Shown here one piece after another: positions 12,401 through 26,135 of a DNA stretch of 64,000 nucleotides; position 1 is the first letter of the stretch; each line of letters starts with the position of its first letter. Source of the stretch: Felis catus (Eukaryota). The stretch covers positions 129,458,001 through 129,522,000 of the forward strand of contig NC_058368.1 of the NCBI RefSeq assembly GCF_018350175.1, written 5' to 3'. A program made the position numbers and the translations under genes. A model generated the notes under the pieces. It had not been told where the DNA came from. It did not search any database and saw only the letters and a list, made by a program, of their open reading frames with translations.

Positions 12401-15009
12401 GTACAAAAGTTGGTTTCAGAATTCTGCCTTACCTTCTAGAGTATAAGCTTCATGAAGTCAGGCATATTGTAGTCGCCTCATGCCTATTATGTACCCCTCT
12501 CTGTTCGGCCTAATGAAAGTCAGGTAAGCAAAGAAGAATTGGAATTTATTCAGAGAAGTTAAAGTCCAACCCGTGGTAAACTCACCAAAATTTGTCACCC
12601 CACCCCTAAAATGCTATAGATGTGAATAAAATATTGTAAACCATGCCTGAAAAAAATATAGGCATAAATATCAAATCTATGAAATGCAATTTGTATAGAA
12701 ACAAAAATCTGAGATCTGATTGAATTTTAGGTATGTAGTACTTTCCAGATGAATAGCCATGTCCCTTTAATTTTATGTTAAATGCTTAATCATAGGGTTT
12801 TAATTCTCCTTATTATGGTTTTAAAGGAAAATGCAAATGTTGCATGTACTGAGTGTGCAAACAGTGGGGAGAAGATACGTTAGGTTAAATTTCTCCAGAG
12901 AAAGAAGCTGCCAGTTTCCAAAATATGAGTTCAAAAGTACTATTCACTTAAAGGTGTTGATTTCTTAAGGAAATTGGGGTTTTCATCCTGAGTCTCTTTC
13001 TCTGTCTTTTAATGAAACATGAAAGGGGCTATAATACTATTGGTTGCATGTTTAGAGACAGGTCAGAGGGCTGAAGACAAACAAATAGCTTTATTTCCAA
13101 GGTACTTCTAAGGCAATAATGCCTGACTGTGTAAGGGCAGGACCAAAGGGACAGATGGAGGGGGGCAGGGAGGCAAGAATTTGTCCTGGGAAAGGTACAG
13201 TCATAAGTCACCAAGTTTGTTTAAGGAGGTTATGCCACAGAACTGTTTTGGCAGGTATACGTGAAAAGAAAAACTTAAAAGTGCATAAGCCTGGGTCTCA
13301 ATATCATCTGGAGTTTGCATATTCTGGTAATTCGCAATTCGTTCTTGCTTATTATCATCGAGTTAGCAGATTTCTTCTGAAATCACAAGCAGTCATGATA
13401 AGATAGGACTGCTAATGCTTTGCTCTGATGTTATTTAAAACTCTGATTCATGGTTTAGATAAACTAGCCATGCCCCGTGTCGTGATATTAACGGAGAGAA
13501 GGAAAAATCTGGATTCAAATTTCCTGCATCATGAAAATTCAAAACAAGAGCAATATTGCTGCCAATCAAATCTTCAAACCTGTTCTGATTCAGAGACCAG
13601 ATTTCTAGATTAAACATTTGCAATCAGATCAGGTTTTGGAGGATGCAAAGCTATGTGGAACCAGCATTATTGAATATCTGAAAGTTCCAGTATGACCACT
13701 CGAGGTTTTCCACTGTGCCTTCTGGAACCACAGTCACCTTTGAAGTGTTTGAAGCTGTGAACCTCAAGTTGCTTATTATGGGCACGCATTTGACTTCATT
13801 GAACAGCACAAAGCTTATAAAAATATGCATCAGAATGACAATGCAGGTATGTTACTATAATCTTCATCTACATTTACCAACTCTCTCCCTAAATTCACAT
13901 TGGGTCTATTAATAAGTATATTTATAATACCGATAAAAGATACTGAAAAAGACAATCTAGCATCAGACACATACTGGGTCAGTATCTGTTTGACAATCAC
14001 CCTGGATTTTCACCCCACCCTGGATGAGGGTCATCCCTGGACCCCCCAAAAGCAATAACAGAAAATACCAAGTAGTTACACACTGTAAAATGTGAATTTT
14101 TTTTTTTTTTTTTTTGGACAAAGAACAAATTTTTCTTTTGTAACCACGACCACTTCAACTAAGGTTTTTTTGGAGTTCCAGATTAAAGATATCTGCAGTG
14201 GAAGGAAGCATGTCAGTGTATGTTTGCAATAATAAAAATCTTCCCACTATCTATGCAAAATCTGCTTTGTTCCCTCAAGGTAAGTCTGCTCGCCCCTTCC
14301 CTGGGGCCCCTCAGTGTCCAGAGTGCTGTGGCAGGTGCTCCTGGAGACGAGAATATGGTTTGGCTTTATCTTTAGAGCATCTTTAAAATATAGATTACAA
14401 GGCAGAGGCTGACTACAGAGCGCTGCAATGTGGTATTTAGAGAGTGCCGAGTTCTGCAGACAGAAGCCTGCCGTTACATTAATTCATCTCGCACCATTTT
14501 CTGTTCTCATTATAATTTTATCTTAGGAATTAATACATTCTGCCATTTTCTATTCTGGTTACAATCTAGAGAAATCCGTGAGGCTGAATACATTTTGTAC
14601 CACTTTGTTCTGCTTATAATGTTAAGATGTTTTCAAGAATGGATTAGTTCAATGCCACTTTCCCTACTTTATCTTGAGATTAAGAACTTAAACAGTCAGA
14701 AAACTTCATCCAGCATTGGTGGGAATGTATTGCTAGCACAAAGATTGTATAGAGAAGAGAAAGTAGGAAAACAGTTTTGTTTGTCTTTGTTTTTGCTTTT
14801 GTTGTTAAAGATACCTTGACCTCCCAGAAATTTTGAAGACAACCTGCAAAAACTAATTTTAAAAATAACTGGGGTAGTATTAGTCTGGTGATAAGACCTT
14901 TAGAAAGAAAAGAGTTCTCACAGTCAGTCACTCTTTTTCCCAAGCGGAGCAAATAGAAATCCCTCCATCACAGTTACATTAAACAAACAAATAAACAAGC
15001 AAAAAACTA

Positions 15010-15172
15010 GGGGTGCCTGCGTGGCTCAGTCGGTTGAGCAGCCGACTCTTGATCTCAGCTCAGGTTTTGATAATAGAGTCTTGAACTCTGGGTAGTGAAT
15101 TCAAGCCCTGCATTGGGTTTTGGGCTCCATGCTGAGTGTGGAGCCTGTTAAAAAACAAAAACAAAAACAAAA
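15010..15172 (+). mobile_element. Carnivore SINE, older short type without the CT tract
   Basis: ggggtgcctgcgtggctcagtcggttgagc...ggagcctgtt followed by an (A5C)n tail. Confidence 0.9.
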
Positions 15173-15200
15173 GCCTAACAGTTGAAAGTACACAAAGACT

Positions 15201-15408
15201 CTTTTTTTTTTAAAGTTTATTTATTTATTTTGAGAGAGAGAGGTGGGAGAAGGGCAGAGAGGGAGGGAGTGAGAGAATCCCAAGCAGGATCCACACTGTC
15301 AGCTTGAGCCTGATACAGGGGCGGCTCATTTTGACAAAACCAAGAGATCCTGCCCTGAGCCAAAATGAGGAATCTGTTGCTTAACTGACTAAACCACCCA
15401 GGTGCCCC
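15201..15408 (-). mobile_element. Carnivore SINE
   Basis: Poly-T, tttatttatttattttgagagag, ending ccacccaggtgcccc. Confidence 0.92.
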
Positions 15409-15687
15409 AAAAGCATACAAAAGTTCTGAGAAAATTTAAAAGTAGCCCCAGATGCAAAAATATCCTGTGAGCACTATAATTACCAAAGTGGCTAAGTCAT
15501 TTTGAAAAATCATGTAATAATCAAGTTCACCAGGCCCCTAAAATCAAACTGGTGAAAGTTGTTTGCTTTTTTTTTTTTTTTTTTTTTTTAATGTGGGATT
15601 AGAATGCAGTGTTCAAAATAATGGGAAACTATACAGTTTCGGGTAATATGGCATTTTTGCTTTGTTAAATTAAGGGACCAGTTCTTA

Positions 15688-15898
15688 ATCTTTTTCTTCT
15701 TCTTTATTTTATTTTATGTTTTTTGAAAGAGTGTGCATGGGGGAGGGGCCTAGCAGGAGGGGGAGAGAGAATCCCAAGCAGGTTCCACGCCGACAGCACA
15801 GGGCCTGACATGGGGCTTCATCCCACAAACTATGAAATCATGACCTGAGCCAAAACCGAGAGTCAGACGCTTAACCACATGAGCCCCTGAGGCACCCC
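15688..15898 (-). mobile_element. Carnivore SINE with 16-bp TSD
   Basis: TSD aagggaccagt(t/c)ctta at 15672-15687 and 15899-15914. Confidence 0.95.
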
Positions 15899-16249
15899 AA
15901 GGGACCAGTCCTTACTCTGACTGAAATTCAAAGTATACTGATGACCACAGACTGTTTCAAATACAAGATGAAACTGATGATTTGCCAGGGGAAGATATGC
16001 ATGCTGACTACATTAGGATGAAAAATACCACCGTAAGCTATTTTTCATCCTTTACCTGCTGCCCCTAGCACTGAGGTGCTCTAGACCCTTCCAAAGTCTC
16101 CCACTTGCTTCTCTCTTATGCTCAACAACACACATTTGTGACATAAGTTGGGGGTGTATTCTGTGTCTGGGAAACAAAAAATTAATCAACTCCAGTATCT
16201 CCAATCAAATTAGCTTATTTAGCCACAGACCCATTACTCAGGCAAAGGC

Positions 16250-17420
16250 CCTTACCTCCACCTATCTAAGTGGTTTTCCTCTCCCACCCCCCTCAATAGG
16301 TATTGCAGATTTTCACCTTCTTTAAAACTTCCTTCCTTTCCAGTTTCTCCCTATTCTTTTCAGAAAACCACAACTTCTCTTTGCAGGGGGAAAAAAAAAA
16401 GTCATCGTAGGATTCCCATGTGCCACCATCTCCCACAAATGTGTCTGAAGCTATTCCTTTCTCCTCTGCCCTGTTCCCTCCCCACTAATCTAGGCAAGGG
16501 GTTGGGGCTCCTTCTTGCCTCTGGGGCTCCTCACTCCTTGTGCTCAGTCTTGACTACTGCATCACCTCCAAGGCTTACTCCAAGTCCCTGATTCTCCCTC
16601 CTGAACATTCCGCCTCCTTTTTGCTATGCAAGCTGGACCCTTGAGTATACACAATATCTCAGGCCTCTCAACTCCTTAAAACATAATAATGAACCAATGT
16701 CTAAGTGGTTTTAATCCCAAATATCACTCAGATTACCTCTTTCTTATTAGCCTTTTAAGTCCAACTTCCTCTCTTCCCACCAATTTCTGACACTCTGTCT
16801 GCAGTGTGACTTCTGCCCCCACTATCCTAAAGAAACTGCTTTCCCAATCCTAGAGTCACGAATGGCCTCAGTGTTGACTCTAATGGATGTGCTTTGAGTT
16901 TCCATCATCATCTTCCTTCTTTGCAGCAAAGACACGACACACTGCTTCTTCCTGCTTGGAGCTGTTTCACTTGCTTCAGGAACAGTGTACTCTCTTACTT
17001 CTTGGCCTTCGTCTGCCTTTTCCGTCTCGGTTTCCTCCATTGGTCCTTTTGCTCTCCCCTAAAATGCTGCCATGCCCCGGGGTTCCAATGTCAGTCATCT
17101 GGTTCTGTTTCTATGTGCTTTATAAATGAACTTGCCCAAATCTATGGCTTCTCTATTTCTTGTAGCTTTATAACTTCCAAATCCGAGGCTTTGTTTCAGC
17201 CTCATCTGCCGAGCCCCTGACTCACTCCCTTCTGTGTATCTGTTTGTGTATCTCGGCATCAACACGGCTACTCTCATTGACATCATCACCTCTTCTTAAG
17301 TCCAAGCCAGTTCCGCCCTGGCTGACGTGTGGAGGTAAGATATGGGAGCTCATGTCGCTTGTAAACATCTCTCCAAGCGATGGTATCATTTTTCACAAAT
17401 GGGCAGTTAAAAAACAAAAG
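16250..17420 (+). mobile_element. L2 LINE fragments
   Basis: Pyrimidine-rich; aaactgctttcccaat...gtcacgaatggcctc; cccaaatctatggcttc. Confidence 0.6.
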
Positions 17421-19907
17421 ACAACAACCTGAATGACTCAGTTTCTGCTGTTTGTCAAGCCCCTGTATTAGAACAAGTTAGAAATCACCCAATTAAATCA
17501 GGCCATCTTAAAACTCAGCTAAAAATTAATGAGCTCACCAAGCATGTTACCACTGCATATAGATTCCTACCATCTCCACCCCCATTACCTGGTAACTTTC
17601 AAACTCTGAGTCTCTGGTTCTCAGAATGTGAACATAGCCAGAATTTTCAGGTTAAAGTTCACTTGGTGACACTTGAACAAGAGCAAGTGATATAATCAGA
17701 GAATAGTTCCAAAGATGAGAAAATAGTTAGCATGGTGGTAATCTTTCTTAAGAGTTTTGAAGTAAGGCTAGTCTTCCTGTCCGGAAACCAAAGGATGAAA
17801 TATCTTAAAATCAACTTTCAAGATACTTAACATCTGTTTTATACTTAGGGAAGATTTCAACCAGCTACAAGTGTATAATTTAAAAATTCAGCTTATTCAG
17901 CAGTGTGAATATGGAGAAGGTAATTGTATGTCACCAATTTAGAAACATCAATTGGAGGAGAAGTTATCCAAGCTCCCTCATAGTATTTAGGATAAGGTTA
18001 AAGAGAAGGAAACATCTTTTATAAATATGTGAAGAAAAGAGGCCCGGGTTATTTCTATCCACTGTTTATATTTAATTGCCTCTTTTATTCTAAAACTACA
18101 CCATTGTTGCTATTTGAGGCTTAAATACCACCTACAATAAACAAGGAAAGGAACAAACCATGCCTCCAAAATGTCCAACTAAAGTGGGTTTTAAAAACTC
18201 TCCAGTGGAGGTTCTTCCAAAGAGGCAGCATTGACTTTTGGTTGCCTGGATAAGCAATTTTTAAAATAAGCCTACCATCTGAAAGAACTTGAACTCAATG
18301 GTACCCTCCAGAGAAGATCCTTGATTCTCACTGGAAGTCGAGTAGCTGATTTAACATTCCCTCTTCTGTGGACCGAACACAGATGGGACTTTAATCAAAT
18401 ATAATGTTAAATGACACCAGCTATTAAAATGTTATTCTGTGTGAAAAGCAAGACTTTGTGACTGAACACACGAATAGACATCTTCATGCCTTCCACTCAT
18501 TTCCAAAAGCAGATTTTCAACAGCCTAGGAGAAGAATAGTCCTTAGCTGCTCAGGGACCACTGTTAGCAGTACAGGCGAAGGAGTTCACTCTCCCATCTC
18601 ATTCAATCCCTGTTCTCGGTGGCACTGGTGACAATTAACTCTAATTGTAATGGCAGCCAGTCTGATGGAGACTCTGGGCTGTTAGGGATGGAGCTGAAAC
18701 CACTATCCACTCATTTCCCCAAAGACCATGGACCTTCAGGGGGTAATGACTTTGTGTCATTATATCCAGAGCCAAAATTCAGCTGATAGACTAAAGGTTA
18801 ACAGTTCTATTTCCCATTACCCAGCAGCCCATGCTTGTGGTTCCCATACACGTTGTGGTAGTCTCAAATAAGTTCTTTGTCAAATTTCTTAGTGCTTGAA
18901 ACTTAGAAGATACTCTCTTTAGTGGGAAACATGTTTTCCCCCAGGAAAGTAAGTTTTAAAAATGGTAAAACAACATAGGGAGGGTGCACCAGAGCAAGGC
19001 TAAAAGATAATATAACGTTTTCGATATATTTAAATGAGGAAAAGGCAAACATAAATATAAGTCAGCTCCAACAAGAAAATACAATGTTACTTTTTCCCAC
19101 TATGTTAAAGCTTACATCAGTAGCTAAAAAGACTGTAACATTTTTCATATGCATTTCTTTATGTAACCACCCTCACAACACTATTATGTAAAATAGGGGC
19201 ATAAAGATATATTGTTTATTTAAAAGTAAGCATTTAGTTATAGTCCAGGGATTACTATAGAAAGTTGGTAAATGGATCCCTGGGGCCATGGAAACCAGAT
19301 TTTTTTGGTTCCCGTCAGACTCATTTCCAAACCCTGTGGGGGTTTATCAAGCCAGATTTCAAGTGTCCTGATCCGTTCAGACTCCAATTAACTTGCGCTG
19401 TTATATTGGTTTTAATTCAAGCTTGTGTTGCTCATCTCCAGTGAGAAGAAAACCAACCTAGGAAATGAGGTTAAGTAAAGTGGTGGCTGGGAATTTAACA
19501 ATAATAATAATTTTTTAAAAAGGTCCCCAAGAGAAAGTACACACATTCTACGCTACTTTGACTATTACAGACAGAATCTCTGATAACCTCACAGTACTTG
19601 GGCTAAGGGGTAACAACAAAAGCAGATGCCCACCCACTGCCTTTGATGGAATCAGGGATTGTGCTTGGCAGGCCTGCTAGAGGCAGATTTTTATCGCACA
19701 CACATCCAGGGACTGGATGTGGGCCTAGAGAGGGCTGATTTGCTTTATGGCTACCCCTCTCTTTTTTCTGCCTTGCAGTCACATTTTTCTCATTTCCATC
19801 CTAGAGTCAACTACAAAGCTGTTGAAAGAGGATTGATTATAGCTCCCGTGGGACACCTGGTAGTCCTTAACCACAATCAGCTTTGGTTGGCCTCAAAAGG
19901 GAAAGAC

Positions 19908-19947
19908 GGGGGGGGGGGGTGGGGGGGGGGGGTGGGGGGGGGGGTGG
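19908..19947. repeat. G12-T-G12-T-G11-T-GG tract
   Basis: Directly visible. Confidence 0.9.
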
Positions 19948-20014
19948 ATTTTCACAACAATACTATAAGAAAAGGTCCCCTTGGGATGCTGATTTGTGAA
20001 ATACACCATACCCT

Positions 20015-20115
20015 CATTTAACTGATGAGAAAACTGAGGTTGACTTGCTCACTGTCACATGTTAGCCAGTAAGTGGTGGCACCGTGGGCACTCGAACCTG
20101 AAATTTCTAGCCACA
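20015..20115 (-). mobile_element. MIR fragment
   Basis: ctgatgagaaaactgaggttgacttgctcactgtcaca. Confidence 0.65.
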
Positions 20116-20469
20116 CAGCCATTTTCTTAATCTTTACCCAACACCGCTCTCAGAGCAAATCTGAAGACCTATTTTATCTGAACATCAGATTCTTCAGTTT
20201 AATGAGGAGATTGGATGATACCATCTCCTGGTTCTGAAATGATCTGATAAAGCCCTGCTAACACAGCAGGAAAAAGGCCTGCTCCTGAGCTTTTTCCCAG
20301 AAGCTACCTGAAAACCCTGACAATGCCAAGATGTGGAATAGCAGCAGCCAGCTCTAATCTTCATTAAGTAGGAGCTCAAGGTCTACAATCAGATCTCAAT
20401 CTTGTGGTCAGACCTCCAGAGGTATTTGAATAAATACATCCACGAATTCCTCACGTATCTGGTAAATAT

Positions 20470-20700
20470 TAGAATGTCTGCCTTGCTATCTCAAAAAAGG
20501 AATCCCTCCCAAGATTCCATGTGCCAGCTACAAGCCTCGTCTTTCTTTGCCCTTTCTTACAGGAAACTCCTCAGAGGAGTGGTCTCCACTTGGTACCATT
20601 CTTAGTCTCCCATTTTTTTTTCTCAATTTACTCCAATTGGACTTTGACCCCATCAGTCCAGAGAAACCTCTCTTGTCAATGTCACCCACAAACTCCTCGA
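20470..20700 (+). mobile_element. L2 fragment from the RT region
   Basis: aaactcctcagaggagtggtct...tactccaattggactttgacccc...gaaacctctcttgtcaatgtcacc; the translation NLLQLDFDP echoes the L2 RT motif NPLQSGF-P. Confidence 0.6.
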
Positions 20701-23700
20701 CGTTCCTCATCTGGCCAGGACTGGAAACAAATTGTAGCATCATGATACAGAAGAACAGGTAAGAAGAACCAGAATCTACATATCGAAACAACAATTTATG
20801 AGCTATTACTGAAACTCTTAAGCTGAGTGCAAAAGACAAATAGACATCATTAAACATATATGTACTTTAAGCAGTGATCCATTACTTTCCATAAACTCAT
20901 TAACACAAAAGTTTCTTTGCCTTATTACACTTAGTATGTTAAAGAAAATGGGCAATGTAGAGTTTATTTAAAAAAAAATACACCTTCCAATTTCATTATT
21001 GCTACATATGCCTCTAACATTTACTGAAGTTTTATTAAAGTTGTTGAGGCTGCCTAAGCTAAATAAGATGACAATATTTTTGTAGCCATGGAGCTCATTT
21101 AAATTGCCTCCTTGCCTCATGCTCAGGTCAGAAAACCCTCAGGTTAGAGGGTTAATGAGTCACCTGCTGTCACACAGCTGGCATTGATAGATCTGGGACT
21201 AAAAGCCACGTTCCTGAGTTCAAAGCCAGAGTCCCTCTGTAATATCACAGTCTTTTGATAGATTTCAAAACAGGAGTAGATACGACAAGGAGATAAGTCT
21301 TTTATTAGTCAATAGGTGATAACAGGATAATACTTAGAAAGGAAAATTATGAATCTCTCCTCTCTCACTTACCTTTTCCCAGCCCACCGTATGTTTGGAC
21401 AAGTGGGAAATAGTCCCAAGTCATTTTTTAGATAGGTTAACTACAGTAATTGGGTTCGCAAATGTTTTACCATTTAAAAAATTAGATTAACTCCAAGTCC
21501 TACCATTAACAACCACGTGTACTCAACTGCATCCTGATAGGCTCTCATGAGTAGCTAGCAAATAAATAGGAGGTGGAGTTAAAGCTAGCGTACCCGGATC
21601 TTGGCCTAGTCTGTAGCATGTTTTAGTGATGTCTGGTCTGCCATTCCTGTTTCCCAGTGGAAATGGAATGTGCACATGTCAACATCACCATAATGTTCCA
21701 CAAAACAGTGGTTTATTGATGGACAAGAGGCAGGTTAGATGTTTCTTAAGAGACCTTCTCACTCTGCTTAGCTTTTCTTGATAGTAACTACATTAAATAC
21801 TAGGCATAAAATTCTTTGGAACAGAAAAGTTTGGAAAACATATTTCCTAGGTGCTCTTGGTTGGAGGACAAGTAAGGGATATGCCTTTTCAAGCAAATCC
21901 CATTCATGTGGTCCTAAGCCAGATGATCCAGCTACTGGCAGATTGGACAACACTGGTAAGATGAAAAGATGCTTTCTGTAGACTGGAGAGATTAGTTGTT
22001 TAAGTAACACTTAACTTTTCCTATTGATTTGAAAGATGGCCCTATGTTTAAAATGGGATTGGCATATCCTTGACCAAAATCTTGTTTTAGGTTCTGAAAT
22101 TAGCAACAACAGGAAGATGAGGAGAAAGCTACCCTCCTCCCTTCCCTGAAGGCCAGAACAGCAGGTGTGCCTATTTTCAGAGGTAAGTGAAATATTTGCC
22201 AAATCATTTGGCACATATCAACTCAAAATGTGCCAAATTACCTGTCAAGGCTAAACAGCCTTTTTAAAAGAAAGATAAATGTCCCTCCATATGCATTTGC
22301 ATGGATCCACAGTGCCATCCAGTGGCTCATTATGTCGGTCACAAGTGTGCAGGGTTCCAATTGTCTCCTAGGGTTTCAATCCAAGCTCCCCACCCTTGCC
22401 TTGGCATTGGCTCCTTGGGTACCCAGAGTTTTGGAGGCTTGGTTAGGGGTGATGCATGCGTTTAAAGTGAGCTGGGTTAGAGGAGATGCTCAGGTTCGGA
22501 TATCATATCTATGGCGTCCTGAGTGAGAGTGGGAGTTGCCTATAGGATTTTCCAAGCAGCAAATGCCCGTGTACCTTCTTCCATTGAATCAGTGCCAAGG
22601 GAAACCTACTAAATATCCCAGATCTTTGTGTTTAGTCTATTACCTTGCTAACCTTAAGGGGACTGGACCAGCTAGAGTACCGCAGCCTATTCCATTATAC
22701 TTCAACTTGGTAAACAGTCTTAATCTTTTAATTAGCTGTTTGCCCAATTTCTCTTTTAAAATGACTTTTTAAGAGGCCATATTAGCTCTTGAAAAGTAGA
22801 TACAGCAGGAGAAAGAGCCAAACGATGGATAGAGAAGACAGGCTACCTCTTCTACTAGTCTGCAGAAACTGGAGAGCAAACAGGGATTTTGAAAGGACAA
22901 TGGATCGCATGGGGACAGAGCAGTTCTGTATTACCATAAAGAGATAGGTTACTTTTTAGGTAGTCGCTGTGCAATGACAAGCATGAGGCTGGACCAATCG
23001 AATAACTGAGAAGTCCTTTACACCTTCCAGGCTGGCTCTGAAGAGGTCAGAGCTCTCACTGAACAAACAAGAATTTGAATGGGAATTGTTGATTAGTACA
23101 AATTAGTTGATTTTTTTCCCCCATTGGCTTTCCAAGCATCCGCCCACACTTAACAGAAACCTGTAATATGGTCTAGCTTCAAAATCTCTAAACCTGTCAG
23201 ACCAGATTTAGACATTTCAGTTTGTCACTTCTTTAGCTTTTTAAAAAGATCCCATGAAGAAAACATGAGCTGCTCTGAGAGCAGGCTGTTTCCTTCCCAA
23301 ATAAATTTAATCCATCTGGTTCCAATCACAGTAGACCTAGGTAAAGTGTATCCACTAAGGCTATACCGTCCATTTTCCATTTGTTATTTAATCTTTCTTG
23401 CTTTCAATACATTGTATAAAATAGTGAGAAATGAAGGATCCTTAGAATGTATCAACAAGGCTGATAGGCCCAATTTAAAGACACAGAAATTGAGGCCGAT
23501 TTCTCAGATGGCATTTTCTAAGTGAGGACAAGTTTTTGGTGTAGACTAAGAAGACATGATAGAAAAAGGGTTAGTCATTTTCACATTTTTGACAATAAAG
23601 AAATAACCTCCAACTTGATATCCCCAAATAACATAATCTAAGACTTGGGTGAAAAGTTAAGAATAGTGTATTTTCATTGGCTTCCCCTCTTGCTACATTC

Positions 23701-25934
23701 CAAAAGTAAGTAGGGAATCTTCAGCGATAATGACATAACCTTCCCATTTGTGTTGTGAAATGTGAGATTCCATGTTGTGTAGTTCCAGTGTCACTATCAC
23801 TGACCTAGTTAGACCGGCTCGTTTAGACTTCAAATCCTTGTAGTGGGAAGTTTTTTGGATTGTTGCATCTGAGCTGGAGAAAACCTTTCTAAAACATTGA
23901 GGAACACGGTTTCTGATCAAGACTTGGGAAAATCATAATCTGTGAATGTTTTCTGCGGAGCAGAATCTCCGTTGGGAAGAGACATGGGAAATTACTTAAA
24001 GGAAACTGGCTGCCAAGAATATGTTGGTTAGCAGGTTGTAAATGATTGTGTATCAGAAGAAGTTTTGCTGAAGCATCAGCCATAGGAGAGAATGCTTCTG
24101 ATTAGCAAAGATAAGGGGAGGGCCTTTAGAGTGATCATCTGTATCTTGTATTGTACTGGAGTGTCTTTGGACACCTCAACACACCAAAGATACCTTGATT
24201 ATAAATAACATAACCACTGTCACCAGCTCAAAATTAAAAAACAAAAACAGAAACAAGAACAGAAGTACCATTCATTGTTGAGAGTTGTCATCTGGAAATC
24301 AGACACACATGGGCAAAAAGTGATGCCAAGTTGGGCTGAACTCTATCCATGAATCAAACATACAAAGGATTCCATCCCCACAGAATCTTGGATTCTAGCT
24401 TGTCTCTCTTTCTCTTTTCCACATCTCTAGACCTCACTGCCGTCCACCGTCTATTCCGTTCTTATCTTAACAAACAAACTGCCCTGGTTGACTCTTTATC
24501 TCAACTCCCCTGCAAGTTAAGCAGGAATGGACTTCGGCTTGCTGTGTTACAGAATCTGCTTCTGATTGTTTATGACCTCTCAGCTGTAGAGTGTACCAAC
24601 TATAACATTACAATTAACCATTTCATGGATTAGGTGACTTGGCTTTGAGGTCATCCCTGATGCAGGTGACGGGGTACAAATGTGGGAGCCTGAGCTGATC
24701 TCTTGGTCTGAAGTCATTAGTGGATGCAGTCATTAATGAGATTGTTAAAGGATAAAGTTTTTAGAAAAACAGACCATTGTTGAGGGGGAAACCCCAAAAT
24801 ACATGTACAAGTAGATGAGCTATTTTGTTTCTCTGCATTTATTCAAACTTGCTTTGATAAGCTTTAGAATATGCCCCTGACAATATCTTCCTTTGGTATC
24901 ACCAATTTCAAGATGATGGAATCAATTTCTGACAAAAATTCTAGAATTTTCATATCACTAGACAGTTCTTCGTTGGGCAAAATAGGGAATCAAATAGAAA
25001 TTTTCCTTGTTGCTTCCTCTAACTTCTAAACCATGAAATTATCTACAAGTGAAGAATTGACCAGGTAGGTCCCCTGCTTTTAGCAGAATGACACTATTAG
25101 TCCAGCCAGAGTAAGAGGAATTTGAGTCCTCTTCAGCATTTGGCAAGTTTGAGGAAAACATCATCGATGTTACAGCCTGAGATTTTCAGAGTCTGTGCTT
25201 AGTTTTGAGGTTATGGCAATGCTCTATGACAATCAATATATCACTTGGGTTTCTGCTTCCTCTTATTCTGTGGGAAATGTTCTTTGGGTCAAAACTGAGC
25301 AATTGTCAGTTTTGTATTGAGAACTATGCAGAAGGTCTGGTAATGGGTAATTTCTTAAGCCTTCAGAAGCCATACTCGGGACAAACCTCTATAAGCATCA
25401 GGAGTATACACATCTTTTTGGAGATTTGAAGGCTCAACTAGGTCATTCTGAAATGAAAGTATACCATATTCACTGCACAGAATTACACACAACTGCCATC
25501 AAGCTCTACAATATTAGAGATCTTTAATTTCAACTTCACAAATGTAGGCACACAGACATCTACCATGACAATCAACTTGTCACATACTGGTGCAGCTGTT
25601 ACACATCTGTCTGATTCCTGGCAGAATCATTTTCTTCATCAGATTTGTCAAAACAGGAAATCATCTATTGATGGTGCCAGCAGAGCCTGCCTTTGCACAG
25701 AAAAGAATAAGGTCACCAGAAGACTACTAATAATGTGGGCAAGTTTAGGACCTTGGAAACAAATTATTTGTCCTGTTGATACTGTTACTCTTGAACAGAC
25801 AAGTCTCCGGAAGACTGAATTGAGTAGCTTTTCCTGTAAAAATGTGTGCATCAAAATACCTGCTTTTATTCAAAAGGATAGAACATATTTTGCCTACAGT
25901 TTTACCAGCCATAACCTACTCTAGTTTAAAAACA

Positions 25935-26135
25935 GCTTTACAAATAGCTCCTACACAGATGATCTCGTTGAGTCTCCACAATAACCCTGTGAGATAGAGT
26001 AGTTCTTACTGCCAATATTCAGTATGTGAAGATACTGAAGTGCTTGGGAAATCACATGACTTTCTCAAAGTCCTATGCCTTGTAAGTAAGCAAAGGGACT
26101 AGTACTCCTTCAAGGTGTTCTGAGTCTTAGTCCAA
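25935..26135 (-). mobile_element. MIR SINE
   Basis: cacaataaccctgtgagatag...gatactgaagtgcttgggaaatcacatgactttctcaaagtc. Confidence 0.6.

Noticed and set aside
21373..21554. Minus-strand exon candidate with a perfect AAG|GTAAGT donor
   Set aside because: The acceptor is mediocre and I found no partner exons or coding signal.
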